A DNA stretch of 64,000 nucleotides from Longimicrobiales bacterium (GCA_965204735.1 OZ242008.1:2240001-2304000), one strand, 5' to 3'; positions 57,001-59,039 are shown, numbered from the stretch's first letter. The notes: generated by a model not told the origin, from the sequence alone. Program-made: numbers and translations.

Positions 57001-59039
57001 CCGGTGACCGTCACCGGCGCCGTGAACCCGACTTCCACGCGAACCGCCTCGCCGGCGCCGTAGGTGTCTCCGCTCGCCGGCGCGCCGACGACCGCCACCG
57101 AACTCACGGTGGGCGTGGTGGCGGTCGTCCCGACCACCCGGTGGCCCGACGCATTGGATATGGCGTGGCTTCCCAGATCCAGGTTCGCGGCGGCGCCGGC
57201 CGTGCTCCGAATCGTCCCGCCGTTCAGTTGCAGGGCGGTCGTCCTGATGCTGATCCCGTCGGGGTCGAGATCGCGGCTGGTCACCACGTACCCGAAGTGC
57301 AGCGACTGGCCCGACGTTCTGCGCAACGTCGCGAACGCAGGCCCGCCGCCGAAAGCGATCTGCAACCGGGGACTGCCGACGACCCGGATCGGAACCGCGG
57401 CAGCGAACTCGACCTCCACCTCGATCAGCTCGCCGCCCCCGTACACTTGGGCGCTCAACGAAGGAGTGCTGGTGATGCGCACGCCGCTCACGCTCGGCGC
57501 GGTTGCCGAGGCGCCGTTCACCTTGTGGCTCGCATTGGCCGAGAAGGCGGCGGCCCCCAGGCCGAGCCCGGCGTTCCGCGTTCCGCCGACCTCCTTGATC
57601 GTCCCGCCGTTGAGCGCGAGCGCGTTGGCGGCGACGCCGATCCCGTCCAAGTCCGAATCCCCCGCCTGCACGACGTACCGAAACCCGATGCTGTTCGACC
57701 CGACGCTCTCGTAGGCGGCGTGGCGCACGGCGCTGCCGACCGTCAGCGCCAGCCGAGGCGCGCCGGTCAACGCGATCGGCGCGCTGAACTGCACTTCCAG
57801 TTGGACAACCTCGCCGGCGCCGTAGGTGTCGCCCGCAAGAGGCGTGCCGACGAAGCGCACTGCCGACACCAGCGGAAGTGTGGTCGGCGTCGCCTTGGCT
57901 TCGCTCGTCGAGCCGGCCCCGGCGCCGTTCCTGGCCCGGAGCTGAAACTTGTACTTGCTTTCATTCGTCAGCGGACGGACCACGTGGCGGGTGGTGGTGG
58001 CGTCGCTGCCCGCGATCGTCGTCCAGCTCGACGGGTAGCTGGCCGTATCCAGGGCGTGGCGAACTTCGTAGCTGCCGATGGTGGAGTTCCCGGGGTCGGT
58101 CCACGTCAGCGTCGCTTGGCCCGGCGCCGCCGTCGCGGCTAGCCCGGCGGGGGCGGCCGGGGCGGCGAGCGCGCCGTTGACCTTGTGCCCGGCGGCGTCG
58201 ACGATGCGGTGCCGGCCGATCGTCATGGTGGGGTGGCCGCCCCAGGCGTAGAAGAGATCGGCGTCGCTCAGCGCGTTGGGACCGATGCTGATCCCGTCGC
58301 TGTCCACGTCCGCCGTTTGGACGGTGTAGCTGAACGTATGCGTGGCCTGACCACGAGCGGTGTAGTTCCATGTCGCCCGTCGGCTGGCGCCGCCGATCGT
58401 GATGTCCAGGTACGGATGGCTCAGACCAGCGTAGCGGACGCTGTTATTCCACCTGACCGCTACCACAATCGTCTCGCCGGCGGCGTACGTGTCGCCCGTC
58501 GGCGAACTCGTGATCGAAACGCCGCTGATCGGCACGTTGGCCGTACTGACTCTCGTCCTGCTCGCCCCGCCGCAGTCAGCGCCGGCGCAGGCCCTGATTT
58601 CGAATTGGTACCGCCTGGGGCTGCTCAGGCCTCCGACCGTGGCCGAAGTCGTGCTGCTGTCGCTGCTTGCGACGTCCGTCCATTGATTGGGGAGATTGGT
58701 TCTGTACAAGGCGTAGCGGTACTGGTACTTGGTGATCGCCGCGTTGCCCGGGTTGTCCCAGCCCAGATCGATCGACGAGGTGGTGGCTTGGTGGGCCCAG
58801 AACCCGGTCGGCGCCGCAGGCGCCTGAGCGGCGGCAGGGCCTGCCGGGGCGAACACCGACGCAACTCCGGCGAACGCGAGGGCCGCGACCACGCAAGACC
58901 GCTTGGCTTGATGCCAGGCTTGGCGCCAATCGGAACCCGGCAAGCCGAACAAGCGCGCGCCCGTTCCTCGAATCACTGGCATCGCGACGGTTGCGGGGGA
59001 CCAAACAAAGGGGGGGGGGGGGGGGGGGGGCGGAGACAC
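18906..59039 (-). CDS. Giant autotransporter-like adhesin, gene B (~13,370 aa): signal peptide, 6 FN3, ~90 Ig-like repeats, 5 cadherin, beta-barrel
   Basis: Uninterrupted ORF in the track (18906-59663). The upstream ~200 codons overlap a plus-strand gene, so the start is placed at GTG 59039 (alternatives ATG 59147 and ATG 58982). Signal peptide ...VVAALAFAGVASVFAPAGPAAAQ. Repeats of type SGDTYGAGETIxVxVxF...VTGTPQLALTIG...YASGTGTxxLxFxYxV..DADADGISIGASALALNGGTI...HKVDG. Cadherin motifs A.D.D and NVNE.P.F. C-terminal amphipathic beta-strands ending GRIKFDQD. Confidence 0.93.
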   Translation of the reverse strand: MSPPPPPPPPFVWSPATVAMPVIRGTGARLFGLPGSDWRQAWHQAKRSCVVAALAFAGVASVFAPAGPAAAQAPAAPTGFWAHQATTSSIDLGWDNPGNAAITKYQYRYALYRTNLPNQWTDVASSDSSTTSATVGGLSSPRRYQFEIRACAGADCGGASRTRVSTANVPISGVSITSSPTGDTYAAGETIVVAVRWNNSVRYAGLSHPYLDITIGGASRRATWNYTARGQATHTFSYTVQTADVDSDGISIGPNALSDADLFYAWGGHPTMTIGRHRIVDAAGHKVNGALAAPAAPAGLAATAAPGQATLTWTDPGNSTIGSYEVRHALDTASYPSSWTTIAGSDATTTRHVVRPLTNESKYKFQLRARNGAGAGSTSEAKATPTTLPLVSAVRFVGTPLAGDTYGAGEVVQLEVQFSAPIALTGAPRLALTVGSAVRHAAYESVGSNSIGFRYVVQAGDSDLDGIGVAANALALNGGTIKEVGGTRNAGLGLGAAAFSANASHKVNGASATAPSVSGVRITSTPSLSAQVYGGGELIEVEVEFAAAVPIRVVGSPRLQIAFGGGPAFATLRRTSGQSLHFGYVVTSRDLDPDGISIRTTALQLNGGTIRSTAGAAANLDLGSHAISNASGHRVVGTTATTPTVSSVAVVGAPASGDTYGAGEAVRVEVGFTAPVTVTGSPTVSLTVGSLAKTAAYQSGSGSKKLAFRYVVRSADRDADGVSVFAMALNSGTIRSAAGANATLALGAHAVTNASGHKVNGSTATVPAVRAASIASAPASGDTYGAGDTISVQIGFTTPVSVTGTPRVALGIGERTRHAEYASGTGTGTLTFSYVARATDRDRDGISVGSGALTLNGGSIVSESAQNATLGLGTHAISSASGHKVDGSRTMPAVTNVLVTSRPDSGDTYAAAETISVRVSFGFAVTVTGTPRLALTIGSATRHAAYASGNGTSALTFSYETLATDLDADGISVGANALELNGGSIRSGTGAAATLGLGSHAFSNVPAHKVNGTRTVPAVASVAIASSPASDSTYGAGETISVQVAFNLAVTVTGAPRLAVTVGSATRYAAYASGSGSKTLTFSYETVAGDRDNDGISIAAGALGLNGGTIRSAGGATAALALGTHAISNSAAHKVNGSTTAPTVASVTISSTPRGGTYTLGATISVQVGFSIAVTVTGTPRLALTIGSATRQASYASGSGTKTLTFSYTVVAADRDGNGISVGATALGLNGGTIRSATAINARLGLGGHAISDASDHAVDGRKVAAAPSGLTATPLGATQARLDWINPGNSLITGYQYRYRPSDGGAFTGWTNIPSSSATTTSGEVTVSNGGRPYRIELRATVGTAAGDAAFTTIGLFRARINRVEITSSPRTGASYRTGEEIRVRFHVIDGHDIDSDSWGPILSLQIGSSTRTSQGESGGLTMHYTYFDYRYTVVSDDHDPDGISIGPNALDFGTWDPQAFTYTRELYVYRPSFSLVSPAIGTNQIVNAPGHKVNASATPTGSVPAAPTGLTATPGNAQATLNWTDPQDTTIVGYQVRHGPAAGSYSGWTDISGSSATTTSYTVGSLTNGAAYKFQVRAANANGTGSESSEVRATPVAVTVVSGVRFANGPRTGDTYGAGEVVRVEVDFSDSVAVTGEPLLELTIGDSVKQAFGVRLPSRPSTIHFRYTVETADVDADGIGIAAGALKLNGGTIIGVNSRAALLGLGAYAYAANASHKVDGSTGTVPNVDLVRITSTPVIGDVYGAGEQIEAEVRFGALVPIRVVGAPRLALAIGDSTRQATLTRTAGQSLHFRYTVRSSDSDADGIGIAAGALTLNGGTIRSTVGTNASLNLGSHAITAAATHKVTGSSATAPAVTGAAVTSTPVSGDTYGAGEKIGASVTFRLPITVTGSPQLALTIGTQTRQATYLRTAGRTLHFEYAVQAADRDANGIGIGASALTLNGGTIRSDAGAAATLGLGSHALSDASGHKVNGAVAPNPFVSAVRIASRPVASADSYGGGERIEVEVEFAAAIAIRVSGAPQLAIGIGSQTRQAALLETTGQVLRFGYVVQRADLDANGISILAGALALNGGTIRSAAGAGAVLGLGAHAIEDAAGQKVLGSNNATPAATSVEISSSPDDGDTYGATDTISVAVGFNVPVTVTGTPQLAVTIGSGTGQASYSSGSQTKTLTFDYEVGATDVDADGIGVGGSALTLNGGTIRSATAANATLSLAGHAIANAAGHKVNGTTTAPTVSSVAAASQPAIGGSYGAGETISVQVGFDLAVTVTGTPQLALSLDADTVQAAYAGGSGTKTLTFDYTVRATDRDADGFTVERGALTLNGGTIQSAGGADAALRLNVELLSDQIDGSVTPPEVASARFDTSPASGDTYGAGELIAVRIGFQIPVTVTGSPQLALGIGAATVQASYAGGSGSKSLAFSYVVQSADVDADGVSVGPTALALNGGTIRSAAGTNARLALGRTHQITNSSGHKVDGSTATPPSVTGARVASSPASGDTYGGGERIEVAVEFSIPVVVTGVPELALTIGDSTRQASYLIGSRTETLTFGYVVRATDVDADGFSVADSALSLAGGTLQSSFGAAAALSLGSHALAGVAAGKVNGATATVPAVVSAAIFSDAGSDSTYGAGDGIAVRIGFQIPVTVTGGPQLALGIGTGTAQASYAGGSGTKTLTFRYTVRATDVDSAGISVGASALSLNGGTIRSGTGTNAALGLGANAIASAAAHKVDGATTVPAVLAVVIASDAGADSTYTAGDTISVQVGFQIPVTVTGSPQLALGVGAATAQASYAGGSGTKTLTFDYVVQAADADSTGISVGASALALNGGTIRSGAGTNAALGLGTHAIADAAAHKVDGAGSPPRVDGVAVGSPVVGDTFERGEAISVTLTFDKAVDVTGTPQLALTIGAATRQASYASGTGTTSLVFRYTVVAADADADGLSIGAGALGLNGGTIDMAGGTTDAVLGLGSLAVSNSSGHKVAGGTFTAAAASGVTITSSPASDSTYVLGEQIEVEVTFARPVAVTGTPQLALTIGAATRQADYASGTGTKTLSFAYAVAAADTDADGIGIGASALGLNGGAIADARDSTTVASLGLGANAISNSAAHKVNGARGPPGVTGLAVGSPVVGDTFERGDTIAATVTFNKAVDVTGTPQLVLTIGAATQQAGYASGTGTASLVFRYVVASGDADADGLSIGAGALGLNGGTIDVAGGTTDALLGLGAHVLSNSSGHKVAGGTFTAAAVSGVAIASSPASDSTYGLNERIEVKVAFSRRVSVTGTPQLALTIGAATRQAEYASGTGTDTLSFAYTVGVADADSDGLGIGASALTLNGGAVADARDGATAAGLGLGTNAIAAAAAHKVDGTRGPPTVTGVAVGSPVVGDTFERGDTIAVTVTFHKAVDVTGTPQLALTIGAATRQAGYASGTGTASLVFRYVVASGDADADGLSIGASALTLNGGTIDEAGGTTDAALGLGSHAVSNSSGHKVAGATFTAAAVTGVTITSRPASDSTYGAGDRIEVEVTFARSVAVTGTPQLALTIGAATRQADYVAGTGTKTLAFRYAVAATDSDSDGISIGASALTLNGGGIADARDGATAAGLGLGANAVSNSAAHKVNGSLATLAAPSGLTATPTASGAIQLRWTDPSDTTITKYQVRHRNESSSGSFTAWADVASSGASTTSHTVSSLTDQVDYRFELRAVAGSRAGRASFALARPSDIWVTGVRITSSPTADDTYGPGQTIEVTVSFSAFRPRVTGSPVLKIGVGTATRDAAYSGTGLTSARFQYTVTAADADSDGISIGPNALDFTAGWVNTRFSIASPTIGRYAIANSASHKVDGLLGTPAAPTGFSASPGNAQVTLNWTDPSDTTLTGYQFRQAIATEPFSRWTDISGSDASTTSHIVPSLSNGTEYKFQVRAQNSVGAGHASEEARATPTSAPVVTAVRFVGTPVSGDTYGAGEVVRVDVEFSAVLTVTGSPRLALTIGAAARQAAMERVRERAVRFAYTVRSGDVDADGIGVAAAALTLGGGTISGPGGASAQLSLGARAFTANAAHKVNGATATAPFVDFVQITSSPSSGDTYGGGERIDVHVRFGAAVPITVVGSPRLALTVGAQTRQATLSRASGQSLHFGYVVQAADADADGVSIGASALTLNGATIRSGAGAAAGLGLGAHAVADASGHKVSGSTATAPAVSAVSITSAPASGDTYGAGEKITARVSFQLPIVVAGTPRLALAVGSQTRQAEFVRLSGQSMYFDYTVLSSDADADGISIAANALSLNGGTILSTIGTAAALGLGAHAVANASGHKVSGSTATTPEATSVSVTSAPVSGDTYGAGERIEVKVGFNLEVRTTGSPQLVLGVGAATRQAALLGGDGAGLTFGYVVQSADVDADGISVGASALGLNGGTIASTAGATAALGLGGHAIANASAHKVNGASATTPAVVSASVTSAPASGDTYYAGEAIAVAVGFDVPVAVTGAPQLALTIGAQTRQAAYVSGTNTKTLTFRYTVVLADSDSTGIAVGASALGLNGGTIRSGVGTNAGLGLGAHAIADAAGHKVDGTSTAPTVNAASIASTPATGDSYGAGETIAVEIGFNFPVTVTGTPRAALTIGAATRHADYASGSGNTSLRFEYVVDATDADADGISLAAGALELNGGTVRSSVGTDAALGLGSYAIADASAHKVNGAATAPAVTGATIVSDAGNDSTYAAGDAVSVEVAFQIPVTVTGTPQLALTIGTGVGQAAYAGGTGTKTLTFSYTVRATDVDGNGIAVAANALTLNGGALQSGAGTNAALSLGTFAIADAAAHKVDGTSTVPVVTGVAVASSPAGSDTYGAGETISVRVGFSIPVTVTGAPQLAVAVGSATRQVAYASGSGTTALVFDYVTLATDRDDDGISVGAGALTLNGGTIRSGSGTNATLALGSHAIANASGHKVNGAATAPLVSSMSISSAPASGDTYGGGEKITVSVVFQIPVTVTGTPQLALTVGNATRQADYASGSGTAALAFDYVVQTADSDSNGISVGPTALTLNGGTVRSAAGTNANLSLFVNAFSNSPDHKVDGSSATTPTVRAATIGSDAGADSTYFAHDAIVVEVGFSVPVTVTGAPQLVLTIGAQTRQASYASGSGTTALTFRYVVTAADSDSDGIAVGASALALNGGTIRSSVGADATLGLGANAIAAAAAHKVDGSQGPPGVTGVTVGSPVVGDAFERHDTIAVTVTFDQAVDVTGTPQLALTIGTATKQASYAGGTGTTALVFRYVVASGDVDADGLSIGAGALALNGGTIDEAGGTTDAVLGLGAHAVSNSSGHKVAGNTFTAASVSGVTISSTPPGTDSTYGLGDVIEVQVTYTRPVVVQGTHLLKLAVNIGTQTPYASYASGTGTKTLTFRYTVQASDSDSDGIGLPARALTLSGATISDARDGTTATSNGLGTHVITAAAAHKVDGSQGTAGVTALAIGSPPVGDAFERGDTIVVTVTFNKAVDVTGTPQLALGIGAATRQASYASGTGTAALVFRYVVVQADADADGLSIGAGALALNGGTIDVAGETTDALLGLGSRAVSNSSGHKVAGGTFTAASVSGVSITSSPSSDSTYGFGEQIEVQVAFNRRVSVTGTPQLALTIGAQTRQAAYASGTGTTTLTFRYAVGTADSDSDGIGIGASALALNGGAIADARDGSTAAGLGLGTNAIAAAAAHKVDSARGPPGVAGVAVASPVVGDTFERGDTIWVTVTFNKAVDVTGTPRLFLTIGTQTPTASYASGTGTTALRFRYVVAAGDADADGLSVAASALHLAGGTIDAAGDTTNASLSLGAHTLSNSSGHKVAGGTFTAAAVSGMSITSSPAADSTYGLGEQIEVQATFSRRVSVTGTPQLALTIGAQTRQAEYASGTGTTVLTFRYAVAVADADSDGIGIGASALTLNGGAIADARDGSTAAGLGLGANAVTAAAAHKVDGAQGAAGVTGVSIGDPVVGDTFERADTIAVTVTFNKAVDVTGAPQLALTIGAVTRQAAYASGTGTASLVFRYVVVQADADADGLSIGASALSLNGGTIDVAGETTDALLGLGSHAVSNSTGHKVAGGTLTGPAPSGVAIASTPSSDSTYGRTERIEVEVTFVRPVVVTGTPQLALTIGTQTRQASYASGTGTATLAFRYTVQGTDRDSTGLSVGASALALNGGTIADARDGTTAATLGLGAHAVSNAAAHKVDGSLGTPGVIGVSFADDPYNAEYERGDAIDVRVSFSRTVDVTGTPRLALGIGSQTRQAAYASGTGTNTLVFRYVVVQSDRDIDGISIGASALTLNGGTIRAAGTTMDAVLGLGSHAITNSSSHQVNGSLFTGLAVEDVVVRSVPASDSTYKLGERIELDVLFQRAVVVTGTPQLALGIGSATRQASYASGSGTKRLRFRYAVAAADVDADGISLSASALTLNGGTINDARAGGSAAGLGTSASVFSNDAAHKVNGGVGAPSVSALTIGAPVVGDVFERGDTIVATVEFNAAVAVTGTPQLALGIGSATRQAGYASGTGTASLVFRYVVVAADADADGLSVGASALALNGGTIRRTGTTTDAVLDLGAHAVTNSAGHKVAGGTFTAAAVSGVSIASVPGSDSTYVRTERIEVEVSFARPVTVTGTPQVALGIGSQTRQAAYASGSGTKTLTFRYAVQAADSDSDGISIGASALGLNGGTIVDARDGATAAGLGLGSHAIANAAAHKVDGARGPPGVSGLSIASPVVGDTFERGDTIAVTVTFTDSVDVTGTPRLALGIGSATQQASYASGTGTASLVFRYVVASGDADADGLSIGASALALNGGMIDVAGGTTDALLGLGSHAVSNSTGHKVAGGTFTAASVSGVTIASTPASDSTYAETEEIAVEVSFNRRVTVTGTPQLALAIDTLTRQAEYVDGTGTATLTFAYQVVAADADSTGLSIGASALGLNGGTIADARDGTTAASLGLGSNAVSDAAAHKVDGSLPPPPTRTTGAPEARGLAIGAPAVGDTFERGETIEVELVFHRAVDVTGAPQLALAIGAATRQAEYASGTGTDTLVFRYVVAIGDSDADGISIAASALTLNGGTIRASGEALDAVLDLGAYAIANSGGHKVAGGTFTTPAVSAVTISSAPAADSTYHLGERIEVKVAFGRPVTVTGAPQLALTIGSQTRQASWESATSKADTLVFGYAVRPADADTTGISIGSSALALNGGTINDVRAGATAASLGLGSNAIVNAAAHKVDGSLGPPGVTHLAVTAPLSAQTFERGDTIIASVRFNKAVDVTGTPQLALGIGSATRQASYASGTGATELEFRYVVVQSDADADGISIGANALTLNGGTIDVAGGTADALLSLERLAISNAAGFRVAGGTFTAPAVSWAGITSTPSDGSTYELGEQIDVTVTFNRNVTATGAPQLALTIGSQTRQAAYDSAASGSRELEFRYVVAAGDADANGISVGASALALNGGTIVDPRDGSTAANLGLGGNAIVDAAGHAVDGSRGPPGVSGASIASPPTGDTFERGDTVAATVTFNKAVDVTGTPQLALTIGTQTRQASYAGGTGTAALVFQYVVVQADADADGLSIGASALALNGGTIDVAGGTTDAVLGLGSHAVSNSTGHKVAGGTFTASSVSGVTISSSPASGDTYGLGEQIEVEASFVRPVSVTGTPQLALDVGTDTVQADYASGTGTKTLTFSYTVAASDADSDGISIGASALALNGGTIVDARDGSTAASLGLGSSAIANAASHKVDGAQGPPGVTALSVASPVVGDTFERGDTVAATVTFNKAVDVTGTPQLALTIGSATRQASYAGGTGTASLVFRYVVASGDADADGLSIGAGALSLNGGTIDVAGGTTDALLGLGASAVANSTGHKVAGGTFTAASVSGVAITSAPASDSTYGRTERIEVEVAFNRRVAVTGTPQVALTIGSQTRQAAYASGSGTTTLAFRYTVAAADADSTGIGIGASALTLNGGAIADARDGATAASLGLGTNAIANAAAHKVDGSRGPPGVTALSISAPTVGDTFERGETIEVSLLFNRAVDVTGTPRLALGIGSATRQASYAIGTGTDTLVFRYVVASGDADADGISIGASALALNGGTIRVAGGTLDATLGMGASAVVNSTGHKVAGGTFTTPAVSAVTVSSTPASASTYQLGESIEVKVAFGRPVAVTGSPQLALTIGTQTRQASYMAASSKADTLVFAYAVRPVDADADGISIGASALALNGGTIADVRPGAAAAALGLGASAVTNAAAHKVNGSLGPPGVVGLSVAAPLVGATFERGDTVAATVTFNKAVDVTGTPQLALSIGSQTRQASYASGTGTTALVFRYVVVQADADADGLSIGASALALNSGTIDVAGGTTDALLSLAHHAISNDGTRRVAGGTLTAASASGVAITSAPASDSTYGRTERIEVEVTFDRRVAVTGTPQVALTIGSQTRQADYASGTGTTTLTFGYTVAAADADANGISIGASALGLNGGTIADARDASEAAGLGLGSNAIANAAAHKVDGNQGPPGVSGLVVASPPTGDTFERGDVIAATVTFNRAVDVTGTPQLALGIGTQTRQASYASGSGTTSLVFQYTVVQADADADGLSIGTSALALNSGTIRLSGGTLDATLGLGTHAISNSTGHKVAGGTFTAASVSGVTISSAPSSGDTYGLGEEIEVEVTFVRPVSVTGTPQLALGVGTDTVQADYGSGTGTKTLAFSYTVAASDADSDGLSIGASALALNGGTIVDARDGSTAASLGLGSSAIANAASHKVDGAQGPPGVTALSIASPVVGDTFERGDTVAVTVTFNKAVDVTGTPQLALTIGAATRQASYAAGTGTASLVFRYVVASGDADADGLSIGASALALNGGTIDVAGGTTDALLGLGASAVSNNTGHKVAGGTFTAASVSGVAITSAPASDSTYGRTERIEVEVTFNRRVAVTGTPHLALTIGAQTRQAEYARGTGTATLAFRYTVAAADADSTGIGIGASALTLNSGAIADARDGATAASLGLGSNAIANAAAHKVDGSRGPPGVTGLSISAPTVGDTFERGETIEVSLLFNRSVDVTGTPRLALTIGSATRQAIYASGTGTDTLVFRYVVTSGDADADGLSIGASALALNGGTIRVAGGTLDATLGLGASAVTNSGSHKVAGGTFTTPAVSGVTVSSTPASASTYQLGESIEVKVAFGRPVAVTGSPRLALTIGSQTRQASYMAASSTADTLVFGYAVRPADADADGISIGASALTLNGGAINDVRPGSTAAALGLGANAVSNAAAHKVNGSLGPPGVVGLSVASPPVGTTFERGDTVAATVTFNKAVDVTGTPRLALGIGSQTRQASYASGTGTTALVFRYVVVQADADSDGLSIGASALALNGGTIDVAGGTTDALLSLAHHAISNDGARRVAGGTFTAATASGVAITSSPASDSTYGRTERIEVEVTFDRRVAVTGTPQLALTIGSQTRQASYASGTGTKGLTFGYTVVAADADANGISIGASALALNGGTIADARDASEAAGLGLGSNAIANAASHKVDGNQGPPGVIGLVLASPPVGDMFERGDVIAATLTFNRAVAVTGTPQLALAIGAQTRQASYASGSGTTALVFQYTVVTADADADGLSIGTGALALNSGTIRLSGGTLDATLGLGTHAISNSTGHKVAGGTFTASSVSGVTISSAPSSGDTYGLGEEIEVEVTFVRPVNVTGLPQVALTVGAATRQADYASGTGTKTLTFSYEVVAGDADSDGVSVGASALALNSGTINDARDGSTAASLGLGSSAIANAAAHKVDGAQGPPGVTGLLIGAPHVGDTFERGETIEVKVAFNKAVAVTGTPQLQLRFSSGSKQADYASGTGTDTLVFRYVVVAADADADGLGIGASDLRLNGGTIRRSGTATDAVLGLGSHAVIRSTGHKVAGGTFTASAVSGVTITSEPSSDSTYGRTERIEVEVTFTRPVTVTGPPQLALGIGTQTRQAAYASGSGTTTLVFGYTVASADVDSTGLSIGASALALNGGTIADARDGTTAASLGLGSNAIANAASHKVDGSRGPPGVTGLSISAPTVGDTFERGETIDVSMGFNRAVDVTGTPRLALTIGSATRQASYASGTGTDTLVFRYVVASGDADSDGLSIGASALALNGGTIRVAGGMLDATLGLGASAVTNSAGHKVAGGTFTTPAVTAVTVSSTPASASTYQLGESIEVKVAFGRPVAVTGSPRLALTIGTVTRQASYESATSKADTLVFGYAIRPADADTDGISIGASALTLNGGAINDVRPGATAAALGLGANAVSNAASHKVNGSLGPPGVVGLSVAAPPVGTTFERGDTVAATVTFNKAVAVTGTPQLALSIGTQTRQAGYASGTGTTALVFQYVVVQADADADGLSIGASALALNGGTIDVSGGTTDALLSLAHHAISNDGARRVAGGTFTAASASGVSISSAPASDSTYGRTERIEVEVTFDRRVAVTGTPQVALTIGSQTRQANYASGSGTTTLTFGYTVAAADADANGISIGASALALNGGTIADARDASEAAGLGLGSNAIANAAAHKVDGNQGPPGVTGLVVASPPTGDTFERGDVIAATLTFNRAVDVTGTPQLGLGIGTQTRQASYASGSGTTALVFQYTVVTADVDANGLSIGTSALALNSGTIRLSGGTLDATLGLGTHAISNSTGHKVAGGTFTASSVSGVAITSTPSSGDTYGLGEEIEVEVTFVRPVNVTGTPQLALTVGTRTRQAEYASGTGTKTLTFSYMVVAADADSDGLSVGTSALALNGGTIADARDGSTAASLGLGSSAITNAAAHKVDGAQGPPGVTGLLIGSPHVGDTFERGETIEVKVAFNKTVAVTGTPQLALGIGSATKQASYAAGTGTDTLVFQYVVAAADVDADGISIGASALALNGGTVRRLATTTDAVLGLGASAVANSTGHKVAGGTFTASAVSGVAITSSPSSDSIYGRTERIEVEVSFTRPVTVTGVPQLALGIGSQTRQAAYASGSGTTTLAFGYTVQAADADSDGLSIAASALALNGGTIADARDGSTAASLGLGSNAVANAAAHKVDGSRGPPGVTALSISAPTVGDTFERGETIEVSLVFNRSVDVTGTPRLALTIGSATRQASYASGTGTDTLVFRYVVASGDTDADGISIGASALALNGGTIRVAGGTLDATLGLGTSAVTNSGGHKVAGGTFTTPAVSAVTVSSTPASASTYQLGESIEVKVAFGRPVAVTGSPRLALTIGTVTRQADYESATSKADTLVFGYAVRPADADTDGISIGASALTLNGGAINDVRPGAAAAALGLGANAVSNAAAHKVNGSLGPPGVVGLSVDAPPVGTTFERGDTVVATVTFNKAVDVTGTPQLALGVGSQTRQAGYASGTGTTVLVFRYVVAQADADGDGISIGASALALNGGTIDVAGGTTDALLSLAHHAISNDRARRVAGGTFTASSVSEVSIQSSPAGGSTYGLSEQIEVEVTFNRTVTVTGAPQLALTIGSRTRQAAYVSVTAGRQLAFRYEVVAGDADANGLSVGASALTLNGGTIADARDGTTAASLGLGSHAISNDAAHRVDGNQGPPGVSGVTIASPPVGDTFERGDTVVATVTFNKAVAVTGTPQLALTIGAGTKQASYASGTGTASLVFRYVVVTADADADGLSIGASALALNGGTIDVAGGTVDAVLGLGAHAVTNSAGHKVAGGTFTAASVSGVSLTSSPAVATTYGRDEQIEVQVTFNRRVTVTGTPQVALTVGAATRQAGYASGTGTYTLTFRYTVVQADADTDGIEVGASALALNSGTIADARNGTTTAALGLDSHALSAAAGHKVDGTLAGASVTGVAVSSTPESGDTYGLGERIEVEVTFDRAVTVTGAPQLALTVGTATRQANYASGSGTATLSFAYRVQGAGSGGSGTGGVDADADGVGVAATALTLNGATIVNTADGVRPAVLALGSHAIAAAANDKVDGTVEVVPVVVGMTVMSTPGANGLYGPRSVIRVAVTFSRPVEVAGAPQQAGHMSAATAPVRLAIEIGTAVRHASYVSGSGTPVLVFEYVVQPADRDEDGISIPADALTAAGGALRIAGGTTAAVLDLGSYAVENLEEHQVNGAGGTDPVFGRAEYEFELTEDVAGPVVVGTVSATDPFGGEVAYSLAAGDEGLFEVDARTGEVRYVGSGEDAEARSEFVMIVRATADDGERTGDATVTVRLVNVNDAPVFTAERYAFAMAENVAGPLALGVAEAVDLDEGDTLTYRLVAGDADRFEVDGATGEVQYVGSGEDYEGAGPKSWELEVTATDLAGASAKAVVAVALTNVNEGPAFADSAYAFDLAENARGPLLLGEVRATDPDGGDWLSYALTAGDAERFKVNATSGAVQYVGAGEDAETGPGSWELEVTATDRGGLTARARVVVTLEDRNEGPVFVESIWEWELAEHMAGPVELGTVEATDVDAGDTLRYSLSGARAALFDVGESSGVVRYVGAGEDAETGPEGWEFEVVATDRAGLAAVAKVRVLLLDVNEAPAFVDSAYAFDLAENVRGPRELGRVEATDPDRGDALTYTLAQGDAGRFDVNGASGVVRYVGAGEDYEDGPPEFALVVRVTDAGGLTAEAAVVVTLLDVNEGPEAVGSLSPPVLEVGGAPWEVGLGEYFRDPDGDALSYVVVSSLPDVAAASVSGAGRLSVAPQGIGAAVVTVTATDAGGLTATQQASVTVSASRSDRARALKLTLAAFGRSLGTETVDAIGGRLGLESSGSLGRSHVQLGGRSLSCVAFGGGRGSGVASSGTSSSRAVGDGGAAGVADAGQGGADQGQGASAPGQGGPGQDGSDQGGADQGHGGSGQDGSRQGGSGQDQGGSDQASTASAHAGAGLGGGVSGGRCGLESLVRDATGLLGLQITHPGVAGSGPGGIPGGTLDLAALLFGDATADMGGAPHGALGLGGSYQGQREEDALPAERERGGIAFSPLTGRDLRSRSSFQLSFGGSPDGQGAAVAEGDGTDAGLPSASPAQTASQAGWTLWGQANVGEFEGRPEDDFAMDGRTRSAYLGLDYRFGSGFLMGLAGSRSDMAANYESGINGVGKTKAHLNSLYPYASWSSQGGFGIWGLAGAGRGAANVGETGPTYDADLDMRMGALGVRQRLVGGLALKADAFAVRMTTDASNGHVVAVKADAQRVRLAPELGGQWSGGSVAMRTRIEVGGRYDRGDAETGMGAEAGAELGFTHAGSGLSLDARGRMLLIHQDRNFKEWGAGVALRLQPGREDGGLSFSLEPSWGNASGGAQTLWQGGSDVWRNAGVSGLGAGLGAAGPAAPGGGASANGDPAAQGDDPAAGLPVVPGPASNGLSATRAVPGWAPERLAMELSYGVFLPGGSQLKPFGRWSREGPAGYRLNVGTQWAILSGKATEDAQAPGMSLLLDFFGEQVADGRLPLERRLGLLGRIKFDQD
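21085..22880 (-). repeat. Five cadherin-like domains plus one Ig-like (FRDPDGDALSY) domain in gene B
   Basis: Repeated P.F....Y.F.L.E/ ATDPD.GD.L.Y.L / F.V....G.V.YVG.GED.E / V.ATD..GL / L.DVNE. Confidence 0.85.
23700..37900 (-). repeat. Higher-order tandem repeat, 3039-bp (1013-aa, 8-domain) period, ~4.5 units
   Basis: Equivalent TCCACCTTG anchors at 23722, 26761, 29800, 32839 and 35878. Shadow ORFs recur at 27076/30115/33154/36193 and 28150/31189/34228. Confidence 0.9.
59010..59030 (-). repeat. G21 (poly-C on coding strand) homopolymer, candidate phase-variation tract of gene B
   Basis: 21 consecutive G at 59010-59030. In frame: GTG TCT CCG (CCC)7 TTT GTT TGG = VSPPPPPPPPFVW. Confidence 0.85.
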
